NCBI RefSeq assembly: GCF_000143415.4
Contig: NW_003314328.1
Span: 585,889-649,888, forward strand
Direction: 5' to 3'
Length of the DNA: 64,000 nt
DNA from: Selaginella moellendorffii
Lineage: Eukaryota > Plantae > Lycopodiophyta
The notes under the pieces were generated by a model. The model was not told the DNA's origin. It made no database searches and saw only the letters and a list, made by a program, of their open reading frames with translations. Made by a program: the position numbers and the translations under genes. Positions 1 to 12,399 of this stretch are shown in pieces (position 1 is the first letter of the stretch; every line of letters starts with the position of its first letter).

Positions 1-2550
1 TATTACCCAAAAGAAATAACATCCAAATTTATTACAACCAACCTTAGCAATAATTAATATAACAGAATGAATGTTGCACACTTGTTCATACCAACTATCA
101 CATTAGCTAATTTGAATAAATCTCAGTTAACAATACCAAAGAACCAGAGTTGCTCATGCAACGTTAGCAATATCCTATTGATATCTTAAACCTAAAAGAC
201 CAATCCAGACCAAATCACAAAGAACATATCGTAATGCAAAAAGTCATAAGTCATCAAAGAGAATAACTAATTATCATGAAAGACCATCAATCATCCCATC
301 AATATAGATGCATAATCATTGTCAAAGAAAAAATATATTATTCCGAAGAATGGAAAATTATTCTATATCAACAATAATCTAGCAAAACCTTTAACAAGGA
401 TAATTAATTATCCTAAATGACAATCAATCATCACTAATGATTATTACATGCAAAAATTAACTTCAATAATGAAACTAATGAGCTAAACTACCTTCCCTAA
501 CAATTTTTAACAAATGGAACAATATGTATGAAACTCAAGAAATAAAAAACTCGAAGAATCTTAGAGCCAAGTTTTGCATGAACTAACTTTAATACTAAAG
601 AAGAAATTATGGTACAACCCACAACATTCTTCTTAATATATCCATAAGCTAAATTTCATAATGCAAATTTAATAAAGAGTATGTCGACATCAATCCAAAA
701 GTTAAACATAATAAAGCTATGCTCAATAAGTGATTACCAAAAAATCCTCCATAAATCCATCTTCTATAGCAATAAGCTTATTAATACATCTAACCAACAA
801 CTCTAAGCATGTCTTAAAGAGGCTAGCTATGCATGAAGAGTACTTAGTCATAACTAAAATGAAGACCATGAGATGGACTCATATTGGTACACAACTTCCT
901 CATAGACAAAACTATAATACAGGTACTAACATCTTAACTACAAACAATTAAGTTGGACATCATTATCCTCAACCAAGGGGAAAAGCTAAACCAAATCAGG
1001 ATTAGTGAGAATTTATTACTCTTATAGAGTTTAATGAAATGCAAAATGCAACCTACCACTTAGCATAACACTATAAAAAAGAGGTACAAAGGTCACCTTT
1101 CTAGAAAAGTGTAACAATTACTTTACTAAACCAACTTTAAACTTTATATAACTTAATTGTCTTAGCCTCAAAAGTCAGCATCCTTTTTGGGTCGCATCAT
1201 ATAAATTATATATTAAGGTTTAAGCTAACCAAAGTTAAGTCCAACTCTTTCATTAGTTTATAATGGCTTACAAAAACAAAAAAAAATTCAAGCAAAATGA
1301 TCAATAGATTAGCTATTAGAAAAGTGTAAGAAAATTTATGGAAAAATTTTCCATCCTAAAGAAAGAATGACTCTCAGTCTAAAAATATAAACTTTCAAGA
1401 CTCAACCAACTTCCTTCTACCAACAACTTCACATACATTCACTATAATATTAATTCTCATGACCTAATAGTATGATTAAACATCGAACATCATACCCATA
1501 TATTCAACATTCAACATTGACATCTGCAAAATATAAATGAATACCCAAGACTCGATCATGAAGACCATATATTCATATATCTATATTGCATTAACACTTT
1601 TTTTTAATCATCTTCAAGATCCAATATAAAGCCAAAACACTAACAAAAAAAATAACATAAAAAATCAAGGTCTAAGGAAAATTCTTTATCATTCAAAACA
1701 ACAATGCCACTTTCACTAACACAAGTGCTAGTAATGTCAATGCCTTAACTTCACATTTTCACTATCTAATAATCTACTTCAAGTGCTAATGAATAAATCA
1801 ACAATCCAACCCTTTTCAAAACCTAATGGGCAAATTTTTAAGGAGCAAGATACCAACTTAAGCTTAACATAATGGATTATCATTGAGAACTTAGTCAAAT
1901 CTACTATGTGCAAGTACACTAGCTTCACTGTCAACCACTTTTAAGGTTAATCATCATTTGACCAAGTAACTTCGTAAACCCATTACTCACTATCCCATGG
2001 ATATGATATAAAAATCATAACAATTTAATTATCAATCAAAGCAACACCATGAACAAACCCATATTATTACTTTAAAAGTTTATGTGAGTATCAAGCACTA
2101 ACTTAATTTGACAAAATGTAACATAAATACCACACTCTACTGATAGAGATTTTTAACACTCAACACCATTAACTTTGTTCACAATATAAACAACCTCATA
2201 CCACTCTTTTTTTGACTAAACTCAAAACTAATCCAACACCAAGTTATTCATGGAGCAATAGCAAGGTTCCCCAAAAAATAATTAAGCATTGTAACCTAAT
2301 GCTTAATAGCAAGCCTAGACAAAATGGTTTAGCGCTTCACCATTATCCATCCCATAACTCACCACTTGTAAAATCATCATTATCAACATGCATCAAGATA
2401 AGGACTCTTGATTACATAATATGAACATAAGCAATGAAATCACACCTCATTGCTAAATCATCTTTTGAAGAAGAAAATATGATTTACATGTTTGATCCTT
2501 AGTCCCTGTAAACTCTCTTTTTAAACTCAACTTTGACTAAACCTCTAGCT
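1..2550 (-). mobile_element. Older decayed copy of the internal region of LTR family A (homologous to 32561-36135)
   Basis: Colinear with 32561-36135 (e.g. tattacccaaaagaaataacatc at 1 vs tattacccgaaggaaataacatc at 32561; ctttgactaaacctc near both right ends). Lacks about 33360-34320. More AT-rich and no long ORFs. Confidence 0.85.
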
Positions 2551-2554
2551 TTAT

Positions 2555-5500
2555 TGGGGGAAGGAGGGGCATCTCCCCAACGCTTGCTCAAACACAAGAA
2601 ATGCTCCAATGTTTTTCACAAATACCCCCCACTTTTGCTCTTGTGGGGAAGGGTTTTATACTCTCTCTCACACACTCCTTATGTGGCCACGCCCTAACAT
2701 GTAACTATGGTGGATTACGCTAACTCAAGATGCATGAGAATGTTCCAAAGAGTGTAGAGTGTACCTATGTTGCTGATGCCAAGTGCTGGTAACTGCATGA
2801 AATAGTAGAAACTTAGGAAAACAAAGTGGAAAAAGAAAGAAAAGAGGTAGGTGTGAAATTTGAAAACAAGGAGGAAAACCTGGTGGGAAACCCTATAGTG
2901 AAACTAAACTATGATGGAAAAAAAAAATGTAGAAAAGTGTGAAAAAAAAAAGAAAAATAGAAGAAAAAAAGTGAATACCCAAAGAACTTAACCCATACCA
3001 GGATTTTAGCTCAAGAAAGTGTAATATGCAAATGTAGCCTTGTGATGACTTCAAGTATGCTCCATGGATTGCCTGAGCATAAAATCCAAGGCAAGAGCCA
3101 TGGTCTAGTGGAGAAAAACCCTCTAAAAGTAAGAAAAGAAGCCATGAAAGTAAAGTGAAAGAAAGGAAGTAAACGAAAAAGAAGAAAAGAGGAATGCCTC
3201 ACTAGATGAAGTGTTTGATGTGAGAGTGGTTGTGAGCGTGTGGGAGCTCACATCCATCAACACCTACTAGCATGTATGCTCCACCTCTAATGTGTTGCTA
3301 AACAAAGTAGGGGCCGGTCCAGCAAAGAGAGAACTTCAAAGGTGGCGTGAACTCTTTGAGAAGAACAAGATTGCCATCCTTGAATGGTTCAGCAAACCAC
3401 TAGTGATCAATGACTGATTTGATTTTCTGCTTGCCTCAAAGGAGATGTTCAATCATGGCTTGTCACTGTTCTTCCAAGGCAAGAACCTCCAAGTCATGTA
3501 CATGAAGCTTGTCCTCATCACTAAGCTGCATTGCTGTTGCATATCGAAGCGAAAGTGAGAGTGATAGCACCTGAATCTCCATTGGAAGCACGACCTCTAT
3601 CCCATAGACAAGAGAGAATGGGGTTGCAGATGGATGTCTTGAAGGATGTCCAAAAGGCCCACAACACCATAACCAAGTGTTCGTACCAATGCCTTGGGTG
3701 ATCTTCCATAAGTTTTGAGATGATTGTCTTCAATATCTTGTTGCTAGACTCTGTTTGGCCATTGCACTTAGGATAGTAGCTACTGCTCTTCATGTGCTTG
3801 ACCTGCAGCTGCTGGAGAAGATGTTGCATCACTTGTCCAAGGAAGTCGTTGCCACAATTGGAAATCAAAACTACAAGAACTCCAAACTGGCAAACGCTGT
3901 ACTCGTAGACAAACTTCACTATAGACTATTGATCTATCTATCATAGAGGGATGGTTTCAACCCATTTCGTGAAATAGTCTGTCGCCACAATGATGTATCA
4001 ATGTCCTTTTGAGCTTGGTGGGTTGATCAGGCCAACAAAGTCAAGTCCCCACTAAAAAAAGGGACCCAGAGAAGTGACAAGCTAGAAAGGAAGACGTGGA
4101 ACATGGCTTTGGGGGTTGAACCATTGGCACTACCCACATGCCTTTGCATAGTCCGAGCTGTCCTGGTGAATCTGAGGCTAAAAGTAGCCATGGTGTAAGA
4201 GGAGCTGTGCTGTGACCCATCCCGAGAAATGCCCCACACAAGAGTGAAAGCACGAAGGAGCTCAGGGACCTCATGTTCACCCACACACAATAATAAAATG
4301 TCTTGAGAAGTCCTCCTATAAAGGTGTTTGTCAAGAAGGCAAAACCCCCGTGCTCGGATCTCCAATGCCTTTTGTTGCACTGGTGAGGAATCTATTGGGA
4401 ACTTGCTTGAATCCAAGTACACTGCAATGTCCTATAATGTTGCTGGGATCACAGTAGCTTCAGCAACTCGGATCCATCACACGCTTCCACCGCATGTGAA
4501 AAGTTGGCTGGAACTCTTGGATGGTCACAATCCAAGATAAAGTATGAGGATTGTGAACCAATCACTGTGAAAGAAAGGTCAGCATGTTAAAACAAACATG
4601 GAAATGAATACAAGCTCTAGCGAGAAAGTGACAAAATTGCTCCAAAGTATGAACAACAGCCATTGCTTCATTTTCCACATCCACATACTCCTTCTCACTC
4701 TCATAATGGGTTGTAACCATAGGAGTGTCCTCATCCTCAAATAAAGATGCTAGGAACACCATATCCAGCAAGCTTGTCTTTGGCAATTTGGGCAAGGATG
4801 TTGCTGTTGAATCCAAGGCCTTTGTCTCTTGCTCTTTTTGCTTCTAGTGCTTTGACCACTCAATGTTCAATGTGAGGACTGAAGCCAAGTACTCTGCTAA
4901 TAAAGGAAGATCCTCCACTGCAGTTGAGTCCAAGTCTAGGGCTGAATCTTCAATGCAATACACTTGGATCTGTACCAGGGGCTCTAAAGAGCTATAACTC
5001 ACTTGAGCATGTCTAATTGGCTTGATTCTTTCTACCAGTTAATTGTCTGGATGTCATCCTTCATCTTTAGAAAACGGCATGACAAAATACACTCAGAGTT
5101 ATCAGCTACAGTGATTTTAGTGGGAAGATGCTGCTGTGTGACACCTCAGAATGTGGAAGCTGGCACCCTATAAGCCTTGCCATCAAATAAAGAGGGCGTG
5201 GCTAGAGGTTCAGCCTTACTCTCAAATAAATACAGTGAGGTTGAGAGATGTCCCAAGCTGTCTAACTCACCTCCAACAATGTCGATCACATTGCATGAAA
5301 AAACATTTATCACATAAATGGTCAACTCGGCTCCCAGGTGCACTGGCAGAGTTTCATGCCATGTTCAAGATAATCCTGCCAATGCACTTCCCCTTTGCTT
5401 GTGTCTTTCGGTGATCTCATGGTGGTTGTGCAGATACTCGAGCCTACCTGATTGCAAATTTTGCATTATAATCACAGACGGATTCGGACAGTTCTACAAG

Positions 5501-5760
5501 GCAATCTCTGGGAGGACGAAGAACTAAGACTGCTTGCTGGAATCTTTGCAGTGAACGTGGTAGAGCTTCTCCCCAAGGTACGAGCCAACATCGATTGCTT
5601 TCCAATATAGATTTTCTTGAACAGTGCCCACACAGGTCTCCGCTGCTTTGATGTCCTTAATGAAAACTTCCATTCCTGGTTCATGGTCCCTTTATAGACA
5701 AAGCGTTCACAAAGGGACAGAACCCATGGCTTATGCCTTAGTATTTATCTTAGCTACCAT
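2555..5760 (-). mobile_element. Degenerate Ty3/Gypsy remnant (non-chromovirus, Athila/Tat-like): RNase H, integrase, GPY region, PPT and start of 3' LTR
   Basis: RNase H-like EAMAVVHTLEQFCHFL (4562-4816); integrase N-terminal HLYRRT..LLLCV (4027-4422); core YYPKCNGQTESSNKIL...VLWAFWTS (3521-3919); WTGPYF near 3300-3330; PPT aaagtggggggta at about 2622-2635 followed by tgtgaaaaac. Right boundary approximate. Confidence 0.75.
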
Positions 5761-5949
5761 CTTTTTATGGAGCTAAGTTCTAAAGAGCCAGTATAATAAT
5801 AGTATATACTGGGGACACTTATTCTGGGCATATGCCAAAATCTAACAGTTGAAATTAAACAATGTAAACTTTGGGACCATAAAATATTTCAAATGTCTTT
5901 TAGGGCGCGTGACCACGAGGAGAGAGCGTCGATCATTGCTAGCAGGAAG

Positions 5950-5952
<3 letters not shown>

Positions 5953-5980
<28 letters not shown>
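5953..5980. repeat. (CT)14 microsatellite
   Basis: Perfect ct run read directly. Confidence 0.95.
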
Positions 5981-5984
<4 letters not shown>

Positions 5985-6577
5985 TGAGGTCTAGATTTCG
6001 GATCATACTTTCCTGGTGGACCATTCAAAGAACCATGGAATGATTTAGAAGGCTAGAGTCAGCTGTACGTGAAGAACTGAAGCTGCCACCGGTTGGTTCA
6101 TTCTCGAGTTCAAAAGCTCAGGATACCGTGGTTAATGGCCACGATGACAATCATTTAACCGACGCCAAAGCGTTCTTCAACAGGAGAATTATTGAGTTCG
6201 TGAAGAAACGAGTCGCACTTATGGGAGAAGTACTCAACGCAGAATATCATCTGGTAAAAGAGTCTCGACCCCGTCCCTGCGATTCTAACTTGAGATGTTC
6301 CAGGATGACCAAGATATTCCGGCCAATCGCAGCAATGGCGGCGTTGAGCCTGGCGAGGGACCAAAAACTTCCTACCAAAAGCCGCAACCTACATTTGTTC
6401 CTTATCCAACACCTTTAAGTGGGTTCCTTCGATTTAGACACTAGAAAAAACTCTAACGCTTTCGTTTTTGGACAGCTCCGGAAGAAGTCCTGGGAAGGGC
6501 ACTGGATAACGATCCTAAGCGGCTGAAAGTCCCAGCCTATTACAACGAGGTTGTGTTTGTTTCTCCGTTTGCAAAGG

Positions 6578-6838
6578 TTTGAGAGGCTCACGGCTTTCTC
6601 TGTGCCGCCATAGTTGTGCTTGATGATCAGCGAGAACAGGCTCGACGCCTTCCAGACTTACGCAGGGAACAAATCCGCCGGCATCCGCCTGCGCAGGTGC
6701 ATTCGGTAGATTGACGTGCTCTGCTCGGAAATGCGACGAGGATTGGGAGTGAAAGGCGAAGAGGCTATGGTGGATGGAGCTCACGACAGGGACGACGTCT
6801 CGGACAACGAGGGGATTCACGTTGTCATCGACGACTAG
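6578..6838 (+). pseudogene. Disrupted ORF with a motif resembling the Hc1 histone H1-like family
   Basis: Hand translation: FERLTAFSVPP*LCLMISENRLDAFQTYAGNKSAGIRLRRCIR*IDVLCSEMRRGLGVKGEEAMVDGAHDRDDVSDNEGIHVVIDD*. Two in-frame TAG stops (6611, 6707). Confidence 0.45.
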
Positions 6839-7023
6839 AATCAAGGTTCTTCACTCTCTTGCTCGTCGCTATTCTTTTTTCGAATCTCTCAAGTCCCTGT
6901 TTGTTCCAGGTTCTCGAGGCTGGAACCACGACTAGAATCAAGGTTTTCACTCTCTTGCTCTTCGCTATTCTCTTTTGAGGCTTAAAATTCCTGTTTGTTC
7001 CAGGTGCTCGAGGCTGGAACCAA
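6831..7023. repeat. Tandem duplication of about 97 bp (2 copies)
   Basis: acgactagaatcaaggtt...ttgttccagg(t/g)tctcgaggctggaacca occurs twice in succession. Confidence 0.9.
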
Positions 7024-7162
7024 GAGAAAAAATTGAAATTTTCGTCCACGGTTCGCTTCCTTGTTCTTCAGTTTTGCGTTTTTAATGCATTGAGAGGGAT
7101 TTCTATTTTGCAGCGCTATAAACCCTGTAGTCTCTCGTTTACACTTGTATTTTAGGGTAAAG

Positions 7163-8907
7163 ATGAAGTGAGCGCTTCGTCGATCCAGCGATCAGCTCCA
7201 GCAGCAGCTGCCGGGGTGCAAATGGGGCCACACCTGCAATGCGGTCAGGAATCTCATCTACATTTTCGGTGGCTGCGGCCGGGACGAGTGCCAGACCAAC
7301 GATGTTCACGTCTTCGACATTGGTATAAGTTTCCTCTTCTGGGTTTTCCGGAAAATATGGTTTTGATCATGTTTTTGGTGGGATCGCGCAGGGACGCACA
7401 CCTGGAGCAAGCCTGTGATGAAAGGAACGCACCCTTCTCCTCGGGACAGCCACAGCTCCATGGCCGTCGGGTCTAAGCTCTATGTGTTTGGTGGTACCGA
7501 TGGAAGCAACCCGCCAAACGATCTCTTTGTTTTGGATACTGGTAAGCTCCGAGTTCTATCGATTTTTTTTCTTGTTCTTATCATCCGATGCAGCTACCAA
7601 CACCTGGGGGAAACCCGACGTTTTTGGTGATGTTCCTGCTCCGAAAGAAGGACATAGCGCGCTTCTCATCGGTGACAACCTGTTCGTGTTCGGGGGATGT
7701 GGGAAATCCAGCGATCCCTCAGAGGAGGAGTACTACAACGACCTCCATGTTTTGAACGCGAGTAATATCCTGTTATCTTTCCTTGTTTTCTTCTAAACTT
7801 TTTTTTTCCTGTAGATACTTTTGTCTGGAAGAAGATTTCTATCACTGGAGTCTCACCTATTCCTCGGGATAGCCATACCTGCTCTTCCTATAAGAACTGT
7901 TTCATTGTCATGGGTGGCGAGGACGGTGGTAATGCCTATCTAAACGACGTTCATATTCTGGACACAGGTACATACATTGTGCTGGTTTTAAACTTGCGAA
8001 TTCATTTGCGTTTCCAGAAACAATGGCATGGCGGGAGGTAAAGACGACTGGTGCCGAGCTGATGCCAAGAGCCGAGCACACAACAATCAGCCATGGAAAG
8101 TATCTCGTCGTGTTTGGAGGATTCTCCGATGATCGCAAGCTATTCAATGACGTCCATACTCTCGACTTATGTACGTGCGCTTGTAGGTAGATTTGTTTCC
8201 TGTTGGTCTCTCATGGGGCTTTTACGTATTTTGTAGAGACTGGTGTTTGGGCGACTTCGAATCCCTCTGGTCCCGGGCCTTCTCCGCGTTTCTCCCTTGC
8301 AGGAGATTCCGTGAACGCAGAGCGAGGCATATTATTCTTCTATGGGGGATGTAACAAAGAGCTTGAAGCTCTGGATGACATGTATTTCCTTCTTTTATTG
8401 ACATTGCTGCCATTCTTGACAATATGGTTGGCGTTTTTCTGTGAAGAGATGCTGAGGGAGAAAGATCCATCAGAACCAAAGCTATCCATGCGTAAGGAAC
8501 TTAAGAGAAGGCGGCAAGAGTATCGTGCCATGCCATTCGTGCTAGACAAGCAACGGGATGCGGACAAGAGCTTGGTTTCATCTCTCGGAGGTATCTGCGG
8601 AAAACCTTGGACCTCTCCAATTTTTCCCTGTCAAACTCATGCTACAGAGTTTCAAGCTCACGTTCAGCCGCTAGGCAAGAAGATGTTCGAGGCTAGAGTA
8701 AGCGACGTATTCAACTACGGATACACGCTAGAAGCCTCCATCGATGGGAAGCTCTTCCGTGGGCTGCTCTTCTCGTACAAGCCTGGCTTTGCTCAGGCAG
8801 TGCAATCTTACATGGCGAGGTTTGTTTCGTTTGATCCTCAGTTAATCTCTAACGCCAGGAAGAAAAACATCACAGGAGGAAACCACAGGACGTCCAAAAG
8901 GCTGTAG
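7163..8907 (+). pseudogene. Kelch-repeat protein (galactose oxidase/kelch superfamily, At1g18610-like) pseudogene, about 9 exons
   Basis: Kelch repeats KWGHTCNAV..IYIFGG, PSPRDSHSS..LYVFGG, LFVFGGCG, LVVFGGFS; C-terminal FEARVSDVFNYGYTLEASIDGKLFRGLLFS; short GT-AG introns. Codon 3 is TGA (7169-7171, expected W) and the donor after DDMYFL appears lost. Confidence 0.85.
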
Positions 8908-9009
8908 TAAAGGCCAAACCGAGCAAAGAGGAGTCTGAAGAAACCATGGATTGTGCGCATCAACGCAGATGACTGCATTTTGCCTCCATTACAAAAATAT
9001 AGCATTGGA

Positions 9010-9145
9010 GGATTTCGTTGGGTTGCTGACGCAAGGAAAGTTTGCCGACTTTGTGGTGTTGTCCGAGTCTCCTTTTGGACAGGGCATGGGCATTTTTCCT
9101 CGAGTGGTTACATTCGTTGGTGGAAATATTGCCTTCCTTTCTTAA
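9010..9145 (+). pseudogene. C-terminal fragment of an amidohydrolase (LAF3/Amidohydro_3-like)
   Basis: EDFVGLLTQGKFADFVVLSESPF...VVTFVGGNIAF* matches the GKxADFVVL...TxVGG terminal motif; no upstream exons. Confidence 0.65.
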
Positions 9146-9184
9146 TTCCATAATTATTTGGTCTTTTAAATATAGCATATTTGC

Positions 9185-9302
9185 GAGAAGATTGGTCCAG
9201 GATCTAAAGCTCAACAACATTCTTTCCAAGCTAAACATGCGCAACAAAGTGGTGATCAGCACCTTTAGGAGATATCACAACAGCAAAGTACATGGCAGCT
9301 GA
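9185..9302 (+). pseudogene. Possible protein kinase catalytic-loop fragment
   Basis: RLVQDLKLNNILSK resembles HRDLKxxNILL; very degraded. Confidence 0.35.
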
Positions 9303-9876
9303 GGTGGTGGAGAACAAGGATTGGAGCTCTACATGGCAGCCTACTCTACTTTCTTACATACAAAGCCATGAACTGTTTTTAAAAAAGCCATTTCTGAAGG
9401 AATAAGACAGCATTAAATAAACTGTTGTGTATGTACGTGTTTATAGACACAATTTTGAAGCCATGAGCTTGGTTTGATTCAGTACATGATATCTGTACAT
9501 TAACTCAGGGCATAGAAATGATTTCCGTGTTTGATTTTATTGTGTTTTTCTCTCTCTCGTAAAGGTTTTAGGTAAAAAACAAAATGTCTATATGTCGTTC
9601 CAGATCACGATCCTAAAAACGCTTAAAACATTCAAAAGGAAACATGCAGGCAGAAAACAGTTCAGAAGAGTGACCTGCACATACAAGAATCTCTATTCTA
9701 TTGTGCTATTTGCTATGTTTGCTTGAATACAAAACAGAAAAAAAAACCAAAATAAACTTATCAATAAGAAACAGCATTGTTGCATGATGATCTAAACAGA
9801 ACTAACACCTACCAAAGCTATTCTACTTTGCTGAAATCTACTAGCCTATTATACAAATTGAAATAACTAGCTGGAA

Positions 9877-10500
9877 ATGGGCCGCAAAAGAAAGCGGAAA
9901 ACTGTGGATGCCATTTTAGAAGGGGATGTAATTGTAGCAAATGCTACTCGAAATCAAGAACTCATACCTTTTACCACTAACATGGAGATTTGTTTGGAAA
10001 CTAATATGGGCAAAAACAATGCTTGCAGAATATGTGAAATTGGAGATGTTATGTCAACTGGCAATTTCTGTCACATGATTTCCTGTATTCCTGCAACTAC
10101 TGCTTGTAGGGCAGTGAGACGAAAGAAATACATGGGTTTAATGTCAGAGAATGAAAATGGAAAATGTGAGCAACATTATCTTGGTAAGATGGAAAAACAA
10201 TGCATATATTGTAAGGCCCTTTTTTTTATGATGGAAAGTGTTTTCAACTGTTGTTATGATGGGAGAATATCAATTAAAAATTCACATCCTTTTCCTCAAT
10301 TCATCCAAAAACTGCTGGAAGAAACACCACAGCAAGGAGATTTTAAATATTTAATACGAAATTATAATAGTGCATTAGCATTTGCATCAATGGGTGCAAA
10401 CATCGAAGAGATTGCAGTAGGTGGCTATTATTTTAAAATACATGGACAAATTTATTATAATATTAGAAGTTTCAGACCAGATCTTCATTTGGCAGCATGA
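9877..10500 (+). mobile_element. Helitron Rep/helicase N-terminal fragment
   Basis: LGKMEKQCIYCKALFF..NCCYDGRI...IRNYNSALAFASMGA...YFKIHGQIYY is the characteristic Helitron N-terminal region; truncated before the Rep and helicase domains. Confidence 0.85.
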
Positions 10501-10977
10501 GTGAAAATCCAAAAACTTAATATTCTGTGAAAGGAAGAAGCTAAAGCTTTAAAAGATTATACATTTATATAGATGCCTATGGTGGCAACAACAGTGTTAA
10601 TTATTTTGTACTTTGCTCTATATGACATGTTATATCTGGTATGATCTATATCATAGACTTGTAGTTTTAGAAAACAAATTTAGTTTATGTACAAAATTCA
10701 AATTATATTATTAAACTATATATATTTTATAATATTTATATTACAGTAATAATATTTTTAGTGATAATATCATAATACAGTATTAAAACTATACATTAGT
10801 GATAACATTATAAGTTTAATATTTAAAATTCTTTATTAATTCACATATTTATATGTAACAAAAATTATATTTATTAAATCTATTCTGTACATCAATTCCA
10901 ATCTACAATTGTTCCTAATTAATGCTTACTTCCACCCTTTATTCCATATCACTATAACAATTCTATCGTAAAGGATC

Positions 10978-11003
10978 TGCGTGATCACACAATGCTTTGT
11001 TAG
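10978..11003 (+). mobile_element. Degenerate Helitron 3' terminus
   Basis: Near-palindrome tgcgtgatcacaca, 8-nt spacer, then ttag|t (CTAG with C>T). Confidence 0.45.
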
Positions 11004-11846
11004 TGTTAAACAAGAAGTAATTACCTCTAACTGTCTTATCCAGCACACTTTATGTCTTGGTATTTTACATATCAAAAGAAAGATAGTAAATGGCTCCAAT
11101 CTTAAAAAACTTACCCTATTACTGTTATTATGTTAGTGTTTTTTTAAATTTCAAGGTGTTTTTTCATGATGTGTACATGATGAGGTACATGATGCTACCA
11201 GTGTAAAATAAAATATAATTTTTATAATAAAATAATTAAAATATAATAAAATAATTGTAAAATATTAAAAGTTATTAAAATAAAATATAACACATAAAGG
11301 TAACATCTTTCACTTAGTATCATACAATTCCAAAACTTTCAATCTAAAAACTAAACTCTATAACAATGTTTATATTTTAGATGTATGTAGTTTAAATGAA
11401 TTTTAAATATTTATTTTTAATATAATTATATTTTAGTGTAATTAAATAACACTTATTTTATTAAGAGGAAAAATTTTAGAGCTGAATGAAACATTTTTTT
11501 TATCAATTATATAGATTTTAAATAAAAGAAAAAATTATTTACCAAACCTTAATCTCTAAATGACTCATCTGGCCATATGATCCCACATTGAGCAATTCCA
11601 TTTATAGAAGATCCAAAAATTCACTCAACAAACAGAGTTTTAAATGTAATATAATGTTATGAGTTATATTTATTATGTTATGATATGTGTTGCTGATAAA
11701 GCCAATTGTAGAAGGGATTTTAAATATAAATATATTTAAATATAAAGATGTTTAACTATGTATATTATCAAAATGATTATGTTAAAAATTACAATTACAA
11801 TTACAACTCTTTGAAATTACTAAAACATCAGAAATAAACACAATCC

Positions 11847-11873
11847 TCCCAGCGTAGCTGGGACTTTTGCTAA
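11847..11873 (+). mobile_element. Helitron 3' terminus
   Basis: Perfect hairpin tcccagc-gta-gctggga, 6-nt spacer, CTAA (CTRR) followed by T. Confidence 0.7.
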
Positions 11874-12399
11874 TACTCCCTTATTTAAAAGTGCTATTGG
11901 TATATGGCATCTGGAGTCTTTTATTCCATTTTTAGAATATTATTTGTGAATATGCTCATAATCTAACGGTTCAAATTCAAAAACTTCAAATAGACAGCAC
12001 AGATCAAGTGCCAAAGGGGTGGCAACGCTTCAATGTGATTTTAATGATGCTCCAAATCAAGGAAATTTTTAGGGCAGATTGTGAGCTGCAAGCTTTCTCT
12101 CTGTCTCTCTCTCTCTCTCTCTACTTGGCTGCGGGACTCTCCTGCCATGCTATAAGTTGGTATATGGAAGGTAAGATTTTCTGGATTCCACTTCAGCCTC
12201 CATTGTTTGTTCTTGTAGATGCAAAAATTGGCTGCGATGTCTTCAAATTCCAATGCCCTGGATTGAGCTGTCCATTGCATACTATTCTGCTGTCAAAAGG
12301 ATCTTCCTAGAGAGGCAAGAACTGGCTGGTTTGCATGTGGTCAACAAGCTCAACGCTCCATACTAGAGCATTGACGAGCATCCTGCAGAACCTTTTTAT

